From Cycas panzhihuaensis (Eukaryota; Plantae; Cycadophyta), in assembly GCA_023213395.1 (NCBI GenBank), contig CM041465.1:141677741-141741740 (forward strand): a DNA stretch of 64,000 bases, given 5' to 3'. The notes beneath the pieces were generated by a model. The model made no database searches, had not been told where the DNA came from, and was given only the letters and a program-made list of their open reading frames with translations. Below, piece by piece: positions 1 to 13,129 of this stretch. Each line of letters starts with the position of its first letter. The stretch's first letter is position 1. Position numbers and translations under genes: made by a program.

Positions 1-2002
1 TTGATAATTATCTTGTCCAATCAATTTAGTGGTATATGCATTGAGCATGTTTATAGCAATCATGTTTAAGTCATAGAACTCTTGAAGCTAGCAGATAAAC
101 TTGGAAACTCTAAGCTTTTGTCACTCAAGTTCCACCTTCTAACAAACCAACAGTCATAATCTTACTAGAAAATCTAATAATTGAAGAGAATGATGAGGGG
201 TGGAGAACTAGGTTATAAAGTTGGTCCAACCTTGATCCATAAAAGAGATCCAATGGTTGACCAAGTCAAATCTAGAACAATGCAAATAGAGTTGATCTGC
301 ATGGACATACTATGCTTTCCTTGGGATTCACAGCCCCAATAATACCGTTTTCAAACTTCATTTTCCTCAAGAAACCTTAATTGTCATACGCTAACCTTAA
401 TTGTTATGCACCTAATGTTTTATAATGCTTTCCTTTAGAGGCAAGGATTTAACCTTTTTCGAACCTCTCCCACCAAATTTTAAAGTCACTTTGTAAGATT
501 GTTAAAGTTGACTTTAGGTAGATTTTGCTTGGTAGATATATTTGTCAAAAAATACTTTATAAAACAGCTTACAATGAGCTTTAAATGGAAGCAATGATGT
601 ACATTAAGAACACAACAAGTGTGTTTACAAAGGCACTTTAAAAAATAAGAAAAGTGCTTACAAAACCAAGTAAAAACCAAGTTTTTTGCTTAATGTGATA
701 TAGTAGGGGGTTTCGTTTTTAATGAAAAATGATCAACTTGAAGATGAAATGAGTCACTTACCAAAGTAAACAACAACAACCAAGTGTTAGGACTTCAAAT
801 AGTCCTAACCATCCAAGAAAAATGAGTGATGTTTTATCAAGAAAGGTGAATTCTTGACCCCTTTTTGACTAGGGTACTAGGTCACCATGCAAGGAGCCTT
901 AGGAAAGTACTTAAAGAAGTTAAATTTTTTCACATTTACAATGAAAATGATGCTAAAAATCACTTATTGAGTCACTATTTGCTCATGCAATTTTTTTTTA
1001 ATGTGAAAAAGTGAACTCAAAATTAAAAAAAGTGAGTAAGCAACCTTTAAATGATAAAATATCAATTAAATATTACTTTAAAAAAAGAAACTTTAGATAA
1101 AGGAAGAATATTAAAAGGAGCATATTCTCAAATGTATAACCTAAGGTTAAAAAAAACAAAGTTGAATTTGAAATTTCTTTTCGAAAAACAGATTTATGGC
1201 AACGAACTATGGCTGAAAGTTTAATCGAACAGATGAAAAATCCGATCAAATGGCTGATCAAATCTCAGATTTGACTATAGATCTGGGGTTCTCAACTAAG
1301 CATAATCATTTTTAGACTCGCTTTGAGCGATTTGGTGCTTTATGGAGAAAGTACAGAGGATTTCACGATGATGAGAGGCACATGAATAGCAGGTTGTTCA
1401 ATCTGCCTCGGTACGACTTGGATTCAACTGAGACTAGTTGGTTGGGCCCATAACAGTCCAATAATGATACATTGAGTGTTACACGGCCGTAAGAGCAATC
1501 AATAGAGAAACAAGACTGAAAAAAATTAGTCGATTGGGTGCACATACAACTGTGGATGTGGAGTTGCATATAGACTAAAAGGGTGATGTATGGTCTTGAG
1601 ACAAATGTGTGGGACCCACAATGAGATGAGGCACCTTCCAGGGAGTTGTAGAGTGCCGATGAAGAGCTATAGCATAGATTTAGAGCTCCCAGGGATTTGG
1701 AAAAAAGAGCTCCCAGGGATTTGGAAAAAAGAGCTCCCAGCTGGGCATTTATAGCTCCAAATATTTATTATTAAGTGATTCCATTCATTTTCCTTTGAAT
1801 TCATTGAGTTTTTTAGCAGAGTTTTGCAAAAACGTCTCAAAAACCTAGTCACCCGTGTAGCTGTTCGAGGCTAATTTCTTCAATCTGAGAAACAATTTTG
1901 CAAAACTGAGTCCAGATCCAGATAGACGACGGAAAAACCTATCTTTTGAGGTATAACTTGCCCTAATCCATACACTTAGGGTTTTGTATGGAAATCCATA
2001 CA
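1..2002 (+). mobile_element. Probable 3' part of a long LTR inserted into the 5' leader of Copia-1; begins outside the window
   Basis: Non-coding, ends ...gtatggaaatccataCA at 2002 just before the Copia-1 gag, where Copia-1's own 5' LTR and PBS are missing. No partner LTR in the window. Confidence 0.35.
1682..1740. repeat. 24-bp tandem repeat, about 2.5 copies
   Basis: agagctcccagggatttggaaaaa starts at 1682 and 1706, with a partial copy at 1730. Confidence 0.9.
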
Positions 2003-2043
2003 ATTGTACGATCAGATCAATCCCGTCTCCTCTCTCTACATTT

Positions 2044-5000
2044 ATGATGGTTGCTCCTCTATTTGGACTCTCAGAACAGGATAAACTTACTGAGAATAAC
2101 TATCATATCTGGAAAATTAAGATTGAAACCCTACTTAGGGCTCGAAATGCTTGGAATATTGCTCTCGAGAATGAAATCAAGGCGGACGATGTTAGTGCAA
2201 TCCTACCTAGTTGGTTAGAAAGAGAGAATGCAGGTGTTATCATTCTCAAACTATCAATATTAGACTCTCTGTTGGTATATGTTGAAAAACTGACCTCCAC
2301 ATCAAGCATTTGGAAATGTTTTGAAAATTTGTTTGGTCAAAAAAATAAAACTTGGATATTCACTCTGAAGGAAGAATTGTATAAATTACACATGAGAGAG
2401 CATGAAACTGTGACATAATTCATACACAAAGTCACCTCTCTTAGAAATGGATTGTTGAGTGCTGGGGAAATCCTGTCCGAACTAGAACTTGTTCAAATGG
2501 TAGCCAATAAATTACCAAAGACCTTTGACATAACCACCAATACTATTACAAACAATAATCAGATCAATACAATGACCCTTGATGAATTAACTGGAATATT
2601 GCTTAGACAGGAACAAAGAAATAGGCGATACGAAGACTCAGCAGAACTGGAAGACGTATTTGCTTCCAAGTTAAATCTGGGACCATGGAGATGAAGCAAG
2701 ATTTGTGGAAGAGGACAATCTCTAGATTCCAAAAATTTTGCTCGTGGACGATATTTGGACAACAGAGGACGTGGAAGAAGTCGTGATTCCAAAATATGTT
2801 TTAATTGTAGCAAATCTTGACACTTCACCAGTACCTACAGAGCATTTGACGTGTGTTATCATTGTGGACAGACAGGACATTATCCATATCAATGTCCCCA
2901 GAGAAGAGTAGACATTCGGAGAGGGAAAAGGCCAGTGGGGAACTACAATAAAGAACAAACTGAAGAAGATGAACAAGAGACAACATTCATAGTTGCCTTG
3001 TTAGCAGGATTAAAGGAAACTAATATGTGGTTTATTGACTCTGGAGCTTCACGACACATGGCAAATAGTCAAGATTGGTGAAAGTTTGAAACCCTATGAC
3101 ATCAGCAGATCAGTAAGATTGGGTGACAAATATCCACTAGAAATTAAGGGAGTGGGTACTGTTTCTGTTTGTGTACAGGGTAATGTAAAGAAAATTGGAA
3201 ATGTTCTATGGGTTCCTAATCTCAAAATGAATCTTTTGTCTATCTCACAACTCAGCAAGAAAGGGCTAAGAACTATGTTTGATGAAGAAGGCCTCTGTCT
3301 GATACTGGACATGAAAAATAATGGGGAAACCATTGCCAAAGGCATTAGGAGCAATGATCTATACAAATTAGTTTCAAATCTTGTAATACCCTGTCCAAAA
3401 GCTTGTACTGCTATGAATCTTGATAATAAAATGTGGCATTTGAAGTATGGACATCTTTCAATAGAAACTTTAAGGAAAATGAAAAAAATATGACATGGTG
3501 CATGGATTACATAACATTACGTCAGAAAATTTTGTATGTGAAGGATGCCAATTTGGAAAAAATCACCCAAAGAAAGTAAATGGAGATCACAAAATAAACT
3601 GGAACTAATCCACACAGATCTTTGTGGGCCAATTACACCAATTTCAATAAATGGTTGCAAGTACTTCTTAACCTTCATTGATGATTTCACTAGAAAAGTC
3701 TAGGTATATTTTTTGCATAATAAATCAGAGGTCTTTGAAATCTTTAAAGAATTTAACGTAGAAGTAGAACTTGATTCGAAATCCAAAATAAAGTGTATCA
3801 GACCAGATGGAGGAGGTGAATATATCTCCAGTGAGTTTATGACCTATTGCAAAAGGAATGGAATTCGGAGACAAATCACCACTCCCTACACTCCATAGTC
3901 TAACGGAGTTGCTAAAAGGAAAAATAGAACTCTGATGGAAATGGCGCGTAGCATGGTGCATCAAAAGCAGGTTCCCAAGTCATATTGGGTAGAAGCCGTG
4001 AATACAACTTGTTATCTCGTAAACAGAAGTCCAACCAAAGTATTGGAAAATATCACACCAGAAGAAGCATGGACAGGTAAAAAACTTGATGTCAACTCTT
4101 TTAAAGTATTTGGTAGCCAAGCATATGTGCACATACGAGACGAAAACAAGTCAAAAATTGATATAAAGAGCATTGAATACATTATGATAGGATATAGTAA
4201 AAATTCAAAGGCATATAAATGTATTGATCCAAAAACAAACAAAATATATGTCATTAGAGATGCAGTTTTTGATGAAGGAAACTTGAATTCCCAGTCTTAA
4301 ATTAAGATAATTGAAGAAGATACGGAGAATTCAAGTAAAGAAATCTTCACAAAAGAAATCTCAGATGTCACTACTGAAGAAATCATGCCATGCCCATCTC
4401 ACGAAGACTCGAGCGAAGAAGGAAGCACAACACAGGAACCAGAATCATATCTGGAGCTCGCAGGAACAAGAGAACACTCAAAAAATGAAAAGAAATTGCT
4501 TAAATGGTTCATTAAGACCATTGAAGAAGGGGGAAATACATTTGATCACAGAGCGAGAGGGCAAAAACCAAAAGCCTTGCTTAGTAGAGTTGAACCCCAA
4601 TCATTTCAAGAGGCCCAAAGTCAATCACAATGGAAGGCAGCAATGAATGCTGAAATGGATTCGATTAACAAGAATCAGACATGGGAATTAGTAGAACTTC
4701 CCTCAAACAAATCTGTAGTTAATTGCAGATGAGTATACAAAATTAAAGAAGGCACAGATGGAAATGTTAAAAAATATAAGGCCTGTTTGGTGGCAAAAGG
4801 TTATACTCAAACAACTAGAATTGATTTCGAAGAAACCTTCTCACCTGTGGCCAAGTTAAATACAGGAAGGACTGTGATAGCACTTGCAGCATTGCACAAC
4901 TGGAAAATTTTCCAACTAGATGTGAAGAGTGCTTTTTTAAATGGTGATCTTGAAGAAGACGTATACATGGCACAACCCGAAGGATATGTCAAGAAAGGAC

Positions 5001-6050
5001 AAGAACAATTAGTGTGCAAATTAAAAAAGGCCTTGTACGGACTAAAGCAAGCTCCTCGTGCATGGTACGCCAAATTGGTTCAACATCTATGCAATAATGG
5101 TTTACAACATTATAATGCAGATTCCAGCCTGTACACAAAGAAAAGAGATGAATAAATCACTATAATTGTTGTTTATGTAGATGATATGATATTGATAAGA
5201 GATGATGACAACACAATTATAGAAACAAAGGGATAGTTAGAACGGAAATTTTAAATGACTGACCTTGGTTCTCTCAGTTACTATTTGGGATTGGAATTAA
5301 GTCAATAGAAGGGATACATTTCCATCTCACAAAGTAAATACATAAAAGATTTGTTGGAAAGGTTCAGAATGACAGATTGCAATCCTTGTGCTACCCCCAT
5401 GGAGATCAACTGCAACTTAGTACCTGACGAGAGAGAACAGACAGTTGATGTCACCTTATATAGACAATTAATTGGAAGTCTAATCTATCTCATGACTACC
5501 AGACCTGATATATCTTACTCTATTGGATTACTTTCCAAATACATGCAAGAACCTAGAGTTAGACATTGGAAGGCAACCTAGAGAATATTGAGATACTTGC
5601 GGAGCACAAAAAAATTGAAATTAGTCTACTCAAAAAAGGAATTAGCAGAACTTATAGGATATTGTGACTCAGATTGGGCAGGTGATAAAGATCAAAGGAA
5701 GTCAACCAGTGGATATTGTCTCTTCCTAGGATCAGCTATAGTTTCATGGTGTAGCAAAAAGCAACCCACTACCGCACTCTCGTCAACTGAAGCAAAGTAT
5801 AAAGCAGTAGTAACAACCACCTGTGAAGCAGTATGGCTTCGGCAGCTTCTAATTGATCTGAATCAATACCAAGACAGAGCTACAACCATATACTGTGATA
5901 ATCAAAGTGCTATCAAGCTGACTAAAAATCCTGTTCTTCATGCCAGAACTAAGCACATAGAAGTACATCATCACTTTATAAAGAAATTAAACTGGAATAT
6001 TGTCCTCTTTGAGAACAAGCGTAGATCTGTTGACAAAATCTTTAGGAAAA
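2044..6050 (+). pseudogene. Copia-1 gag-pol with stops and frameshifts
   Basis: NYHIWKIKIE gag, CYHCGQTGHYPYQC knuckle, WFIDSGAS protease, IRPDGGGEY integrase, QLDVKSAFLNG and VYVDD RT, GYCDSDWAG and IYCDNQSAI RNase H. Confidence 0.93.
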
Positions 6051-6111
6051 GAAAAACTCTAGTTTTTTATAAACAAAATAGGTTTGAAAGAGATAAAACA
6101 TTAAGAGAGGG

Positions 6112-6320
6112 TGTTGAGAGGTAATGTTTATCATTAACCAAGTAATTAATGTATGTAATGATGACATGTGTCATATTGTTAGGTGTTGGTTACACGTCAA
6201 GTTATAACGGATACCAACCTAGTCATGTATTTAAGAAACTCATTCCCTCAATAAAGTTGTTGAGTTCTGATATCTACCTTTTGTCTCCTGATTAAACTAA
6301 TCTTGTAGGGGGGAATTTCA
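6112..6320 (+). repeat. Copia-1 3' LTR (about 209 bp)
   Basis: TG immediately after the PPT. The right end is either the CA at 6320 or the CA at 6324. Confidence 0.7.
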
Positions 6321-9300
6321 AGCAGGTGTATTATGCACTGAAGATGAAGAAGAATCTTCTCTTAGCTTGGAAAATCTGCAAAAAGGGTTTGAAGATCGAG
6401 CTTTACGAAGATAAGTGCTTAATTAAGGATTCAAAGAAGCGATGTGATATTTGGGTGAACAATGATTTTTGGGTGCTTGAAATTTTTTAAAATCCAAATC
6501 AATCATATGCCTTTGTTGCTAGTGTAGATAATAGTAGCCAATTATGGCATGAAAGGCTAGGGCATCTTAATCATGGTAGTATATCATTGATGAACAAGTT
6601 GAAGATGGTGGAAGGGTTGCCATAGATCTTGTGTTCAAATGGTATATGTGAAGGCTATGTGTATGGAAAGCATCACAAATATCCTTTTGCTCAGGATAAG
6701 GCCTAAAGAGCCAAGGAGAAGCTACAACTTGTAAATTCAAATGTGATGGGTCCACTCCCCCTTCCTTAATTAGGAGGAGTTCGATATAGCTTGGTGTTTG
6801 TGGATAATTACACTAGAAAAAATTGGGTGTATTTTTTAAAGAATAAGTTAGAATTGTTCAATTGCTTTCAAGGGTGGCAAGCTAGAGTCGAGAATGGATG
6901 TGATAAGAAGATAAAAACTTTGAGAAGTGATAATAGAAAGGAATATGACAATCATGCCTTCAATCAATTCTGCCTTAGGCATGGTATCAAACAAGAATTC
7001 ATGATCTCATTTGCCCCACAACAAAATGGTATTGTAGAGCAAAAGAATCATACCATGATAGAGATGGCAAGTTGTATGGTGCATGCATGGAATTTACCAT
7101 AGAACTATTGGGTAGAAGTTGTTGGGACTGTTATTTATGTATTGAATTAGGTACCAACAAAAGTAGACAATGGCATGATATTGGAAAAGAAATGGGCTAG
7201 TCAGAAGCCTTTCGTTGATTATTTTGAATTCTTTGGTGCATTGCATATGCAAACATCCCCAACAATATGTAGAAGACCTCATGTCTACTACTTCCTTTGC
7301 TCTTGGCTCTAAATCAACAACCTCTCATATGTGAGGAAATATCAATTGATAATAAAAAGATCACAAACACAGAAAAAGGCCAGTGAAAAAATCCCTTAAC
7401 CAGGTGATTTAGTTTATTTGCAAGACATATGATGTTCAATTAGAAGAAAGGAGAGAATTTGTGCAAGCAAGTATGCAACCATTTAAATATTTCCTACCCA
7501 TTGATATCTCCCACCAATTATTTAGATACTTAACTAGTTCTTAATTCTCATTAATGACTTACTGTTACAGTTAACTAATGGAGTTGCAAGTAGTGCAACA
7601 AGCGCCCCCAACCCCCCCCCCCCCCAACCCCAGCTTTGAGATGCTTTGCCCTCAAAGCATGAGAAGGTTTGGAAACTTCTGGAGGATGTCTTCACATTCC
7701 TAGATGCCATCTTCGGGTAGAAGTGACTACCATTTGATCAAGTACTTATTAATTATCCTTCTTCACAAGCATGTGCTACGAGTGTCAAGAATTCCTTCTA
7801 GATTTAAAACAAGTTGGCCTTCTTCATCAAGTACAAGTAACTCAATATGTAGCACAACCTATGAACCAATTTTGTGTTTGAGGCTAGAAATACGAAAAAC
7901 ATTATGAATTCAATCACTAGGCATATCCAAAGCATAGGCAACATAACCAACTTGTTGCAAAATTTCAAATAGACCATAGAACCGAAGAGCGAGCTTCTAT
8001 TTCCTAGAGGACTTGAGTGATGATTGTTCATAAGATTGTAAAAGAACAAAGACCTAGTCACCAAGACTAAATTCTCTTTCAGAGCAATGGCTATCAACTT
8101 GTTGTTTCAAACAATTTTGAGCTAGCTAGAGATTATCTTTAAGAGCTAGAAGGAGGTTTGAAGTTTGTTGTTAGATTTGTTTGATTGTCAGTGCCATGGA
8201 TGCTTTTTGGAAGAAGGAATTGATATCTAGTGATGGGTAACGATAAAGTGCCAAGAAGGGGGACATCATGATTGTCGAATGGTATGAAGTATTATATCAA
8301 TACTCGGCCAGGTGTACCCATTGCACCCATTGGGATTGCTTGTCTCTTGCGAAGCAACACAAATACCCTTCAAAACATTTGTTAACGGCCTCAGTTTGGC
8401 CATTTGCTTACAGGTGGTAGGCTATACTTGTATGTAACTAGGTGCCTACTAGTTGAAACAATTCATACTAGAATTTACTTGTGAATTGTGGATCTCAATC
8501 AATAATGATCATTTCAGGGAACCCATGGAGGCAATGGATTGACTTCACAAACATAGAAACTTGAGGTGCAATTATTGTGCTTTGTAGTGGAATGAAATGC
8601 ACATATTTCATTAGGCAATCCACTATGATTAAAATAACATCTTTATCTGCAAATTTGGGCAACCCTATAATAAAATCCATATTGATATCTGCCCATTCGT
8701 GATTTGGAATTGGTAGTTGTTGAAGTAAACCAAGAATCATTATTGTTTCTGTCTTTTGTCATTGGTAAACATCACAGGAAGTAATGAAGTCTTGAATATT
8801 AGATTTCTTCCCTAGCCAATAAAATGATCTTCTTATGTGATCATATGTTTTTCCAAAGCTAAAGTGTTTGGAAGATGGGGTACCATCTCCTTCCTTGAGG
8901 ATGGTCTTTTTTAGTGCCAAAGATTGGAGCAAGTAGATTTGACTTTTGTACAACAATGTACACCCATGCAGTGACCAATGAATTGGAGGTTTGCCCTGGT
9001 GGCAATCTTGTAGCTTGGCTTTGGTTACTAGGTCATTGTCATATTTAGAATGGAGTTGATCAATTCATACACGGAGTGTTATGGAAATTGCATTGCATGA
9101 TTCTTATTCATATTTTCTAGATAAGCTATCAATGACCTATTGTCTTTGCCCCTCTTACATACAAGTACCAAAATCAAGGTCTTGAATTTTGTGACCCATT
9201 TTTGTTGTAGTTTAGATAAATTAGGCTATTGAAGGAGATATTTAAGACTATGGTGGTTAGTATGCACTGCAAATTTGCTTCCGAAGAGGTATTGGCACCA

Positions 9301-12300
9301 TTTTGCTAAGGCATGGAGAATAACCAACATTTCTTTATTGTACGTTGAGTAGGCCTACTCTCAAAAGTTGAGTTTTCTACTTTCAAATGCTATGTGTTGT
9401 TTGTCCTGTATGAGAATGACACCAATCTTATATCTGGATTCATCACAATGTAGGTCAAGTGGTTTGGAAAAATTGGGTATTACCAATACAGGGACAAAAG
9501 TGATGGTCATTTTTTGGCATGAAAAAGCTTGTTCGGTCAAGTTTAACTAATGAAAGGCATTCTTTTTACATGTATCAATGAGTGGGACGGCAAGGGACAA
9601 GTAGTGCTGAATATATCTTCTATAAAAACTAGTAAATCCCAAAAATCCTCAAAGGGCAGTCACTGAAGTAAATGTCAACCAATCCAAAATGGCTTGAATC
9701 TCATTAGGGTCCATAAGGACACCATGTATGGCAATGATATGACCTAAGTATTCAAGCGTTTGTTGGTCAAAATGGCATTTAGCTCGCTTGGCAAACAACT
9801 TGTTTTGACTCAATGTTCCCAATATCTTATCCAAATGATTGAGATGTTGTTGTCAACATTTGTTGTAAACTAAAATGTCGTCAAAGAAAACCATAATAAA
9901 CTTGAACAGAAAGAGAGCAAGTACCTTATTCATTATAGCTTGGAACATTGTTGGGGCATTCAGGAGGTTGAAGGGAATGACTTTGAATCCATACAATCCT
10001 TGATGAGTCCTGAAATCTATTTTTTCACAGTTGATTATTTTGACAAGGATCTGATAATAACCAAATTGAAGATCAATTTAGAAAAAAATGTTGGGCCATG
10101 AAGTTCATTAATGACATCATCCATTCTAGGGATAGGATATTTACTTTTTATCATGATTGAATTTAGTGCATGGTAATCCATGCAAAGACGAAAGGACACA
10201 TCTTTTTTGTGAGCCAAAACAATTGGAGTTGCATAAGGACTTTTGCTATGAGTGATAACTCCAAATTCTAAAAGGTCGTTAGTAAGTTGCTTGATCTCAA
10301 TATTTTGTTTGTGGTCGTACCTATAAGGATGAATTGAAATAGGACCTTCTTCTGGTTTGATCTCAATAAATATGTTCCATGTTGTGATAAGGTGGGAGTC
10401 TAGTTGGCAGAGGTTGGAAGACTGGCTCATGCTATTTGTAGCAAAGTTAGCAAGGTAAATTGAAGAAAAATGACATAATAAAGCAAAAGTTGTACAATTT
10501 ACACAGACTTTGCAGGTAATGTAGTGATAAATTGAAAGAGAAGTGAAAGAATAAAGTAAAACATGCATAATTCACACACAATTTGCTGGTAATATACTGA
10601 GATAAGCTAAAAAGATTGTTATCTTCTCATAATAGTACTACAAAAATATCATTAAAACATGAAATATAACTTACAAAATGTACTGGCAATGATCTTCCTC
10701 TTCAAGGCGAGGTCCCCTCCCAAGAATAGCAGCCCTAAGGCTGAAAATACAACACCTGCAATTCACTTTCACACCCCCAAAAGAGGCCACAAACACCTTT
10801 AAACAGGTGGGTGAAAAGAGGGCTAAGGGGCTCAATTAAAAAGAGATAGAGAAACGACTAGAATAACCATGTATGGTTAGCCCAAAAGACCCTCCTGAAT
10901 TCAGCCAGAAAATAATATAAATAATGCTTAATAGGTTGGCCAGAATAAGCATTTCTTTGTAAGTTGCCCAGATGAAGAAAGTAATCAATGTAACTCTTAA
11001 TGAAAGTAAAAAGTAGTCAACCAGAGTATCTCCTTGTAAATCGACTAGACTAGAGAAGGAACATTGTAAGTCCCTCCCCATGAAAACATACTTTGCCCTC
11101 AAAGAATGGGTAAATCTAAGTGTTGTTGGTACCATTCTTCTGATTCATAGGTTGCAACCTCTTTGTCCAAAGTCTTCCATTTTATAACGTATTCTATAAT
11201 TTCTCTTGAGCATAACTTCTTGGTTCGAGTATGGGAGATTCACTCTGGTTCAATAATTAATTTTCCTTCTTCATTTATTCGGAATCTCATGCGAGTTGTG
11301 ATGTTCTCACCGAGTTTGTGCTTGAGACAAGATACATGGAAGATGTCATGGATGCAGCTGCGTGGTGGTAAAGCCAGCTTGTAAGCTACTTCATCAATCT
11401 TTTGTGTGATTTGAAAGGGACCAAAAAATCGAGGTTCCAACTTCTTCTTATTGCTTCTTTGTACAGTTTCTTACTTGTATGGTTGGAGTCTTAAGAAGAC
11501 CCAATCCCCGATTGAAAATGATCTTTCTGATCTATGAAGGTCTGCTTGTTGCTTCATTCGATTCCTTGTTGTGACCAAGTTGTCTTTTAGTATTTGAATG
11601 GTTTGTTCCATCTGCTCCTATTGTTCTTGGATTGATTGGACCGTGATATTTTTCACCATGTGAGGACTGACGACAGTTCAATCTCGTCAAGTGCTTAGAA
11701 CAATGTCATTTTTGTTGAATTATGATATGTGGTATTATACCACCATTCTGCTAGATGGAGCCATTTATGTCATTGATGTTGTTTGTCATAAGTGAAATTG
11801 CATAAGTATCCTTCCAAGTATTTATTCATAACCTCAGTTTGGCCATCTATCTAAGGATGGTATGATGAGTATAGTCCTAGTCTTATTTTCTAAGTGACAT
11901 TATAAAAAGGTACTTAGGGTACCTAATTATTGTAAAAGTTACTTAGGATACCTAATTATTAACTAGGTACACAGGTGACACATGTCCCACATATAAACTA
12001 ACTTGAGTTTGTATAAATATGTACAACTTTCAAAGGAATCAATGAAGAAAAAGAAAAAGAAGTGAAGGCATTCTTTCTTACCCTCTCCTCTGGCTTTATT
12101 CAGGTCTTGCCTTCTTGAGAACACTCTAAGGCCTGAAGGATCTTCTTTACCTAGGTAATTTTTGTGCTTAAAGAAAGGAGAGCTAATCAAAACCATATCA
12201 ATTGGTATCAAAGTTTAGTCAGTCTCTAGGAAGAACCTGGGAAATTTTTTTTCAGAGGTTGCAAAGGTGTATGGACGGTCGTACGAACATGGTATAAAAT

Positions 12301-12792
12301 TGTACAGACGAAACAAAAAGTGCTTAGAATTCAATAAAAATTCACTAGGAGGAGTGCAAAGGTACGGACAACAGACTTCTCTAGAGGATCAAAGTCGGAA
12401 TCTCACTCAAAATCGAGGAATTGAAGAAAAACAAAGGGCATGGGTATAAAGCTTCAACTACAGATTTCTTCCAAAATACTGAGGCAAATCTCTTCAAACT
12501 GCTTTTAAAATTTTCACAATAAACATATCTATCTTTTAAGTATAGACTTGTTGCATAAAATTCCGTTTTTTTTTAAAGAGAAAAAATAGTTATAAAACCC
12601 TAACCGCCGAAATTACTTCAGACGTAAATATTTGTCATAGGAAGAAGCCAAATCAAAAAATGACTACAGAACCTAATAAACATCTCAAATATCTTTCATT
12701 TGAGACTCACTTTATTTTTTGATCGTACAACCATACAGAACTGTACTTTCAGGCATATTTTTTCCCATTTCTCCAATTTTCTAAGCTTTACA

Positions 12793-12794
<2 letters not shown>

Positions 12795-12845
<51 letters not shown>
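12795..12845. repeat. Compound (TC)n(TA)n microsatellite in the Gypsy-C leader
   Basis: About 15 TC units directly followed by about 10 TA units. Confidence 0.95.
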
Positions 12846-12856
12846 TAAAAAAAAAG

Positions 12857-13100
12857 GGATATAATGCCAGAAGCCCTCTTCACAAGTAGGCATATCACGT
12901 CCAACTACTTCTCTGCATCAGGCATATTGCCATAAGCCCTCTTCACAGGCAGGCGTACCCGTCCAAACTTCTTCTTTGCATTGGGCATATTGCCATAAGC
13001 CCTCTTCACAGGCAGGCATACCCCATACAAATTTACTTTTGTAGTTGTTCGGGCATATTGCCGTAAGCCCTTCCCATAGGCAGGCATACCCTGCATACAA
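12857..13100. repeat. About 63-68 bp tandem repeat, about 4 copies, in the Gypsy-C leader
   Basis: ggcatattgccataagccctcttcacaggcaggc core at about 12921, 12984 and 13052, with a diverged copy at about 12857. Confidence 0.85.
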
Positions 13101-13129
13101 TTATGTCTCTTGATCAAGAGTATCAATCA

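Larger units (their letters stand above)
2044..6320 (+). mobile_element. Copia-1: Ty1/copia LTR retrotransposon, degenerate, 5' LTR not adjacent
   Basis: Domain order gag-PR-INT-RT-RH. PPT aagagaggg 6103-6111, 3' LTR from TG at 6112 to CA at about 6320, after which a different Copia pol resumes. Confidence 0.92.

Noticed and set aside
10697-10741. Shared LTR motif as a 5S rRNA piece (Cassandra) or an HDV-like ribozyme
   Set aside because: No 5S box A/C sequence and no nested double pseudoknot recognisable by eye.
12857-13100. Regularly spaced repeats resembling a CRISPR array
   Set aside because: The spacers are homologous to each other, there are no cas genes, and the context is a eukaryotic retroelement leader.
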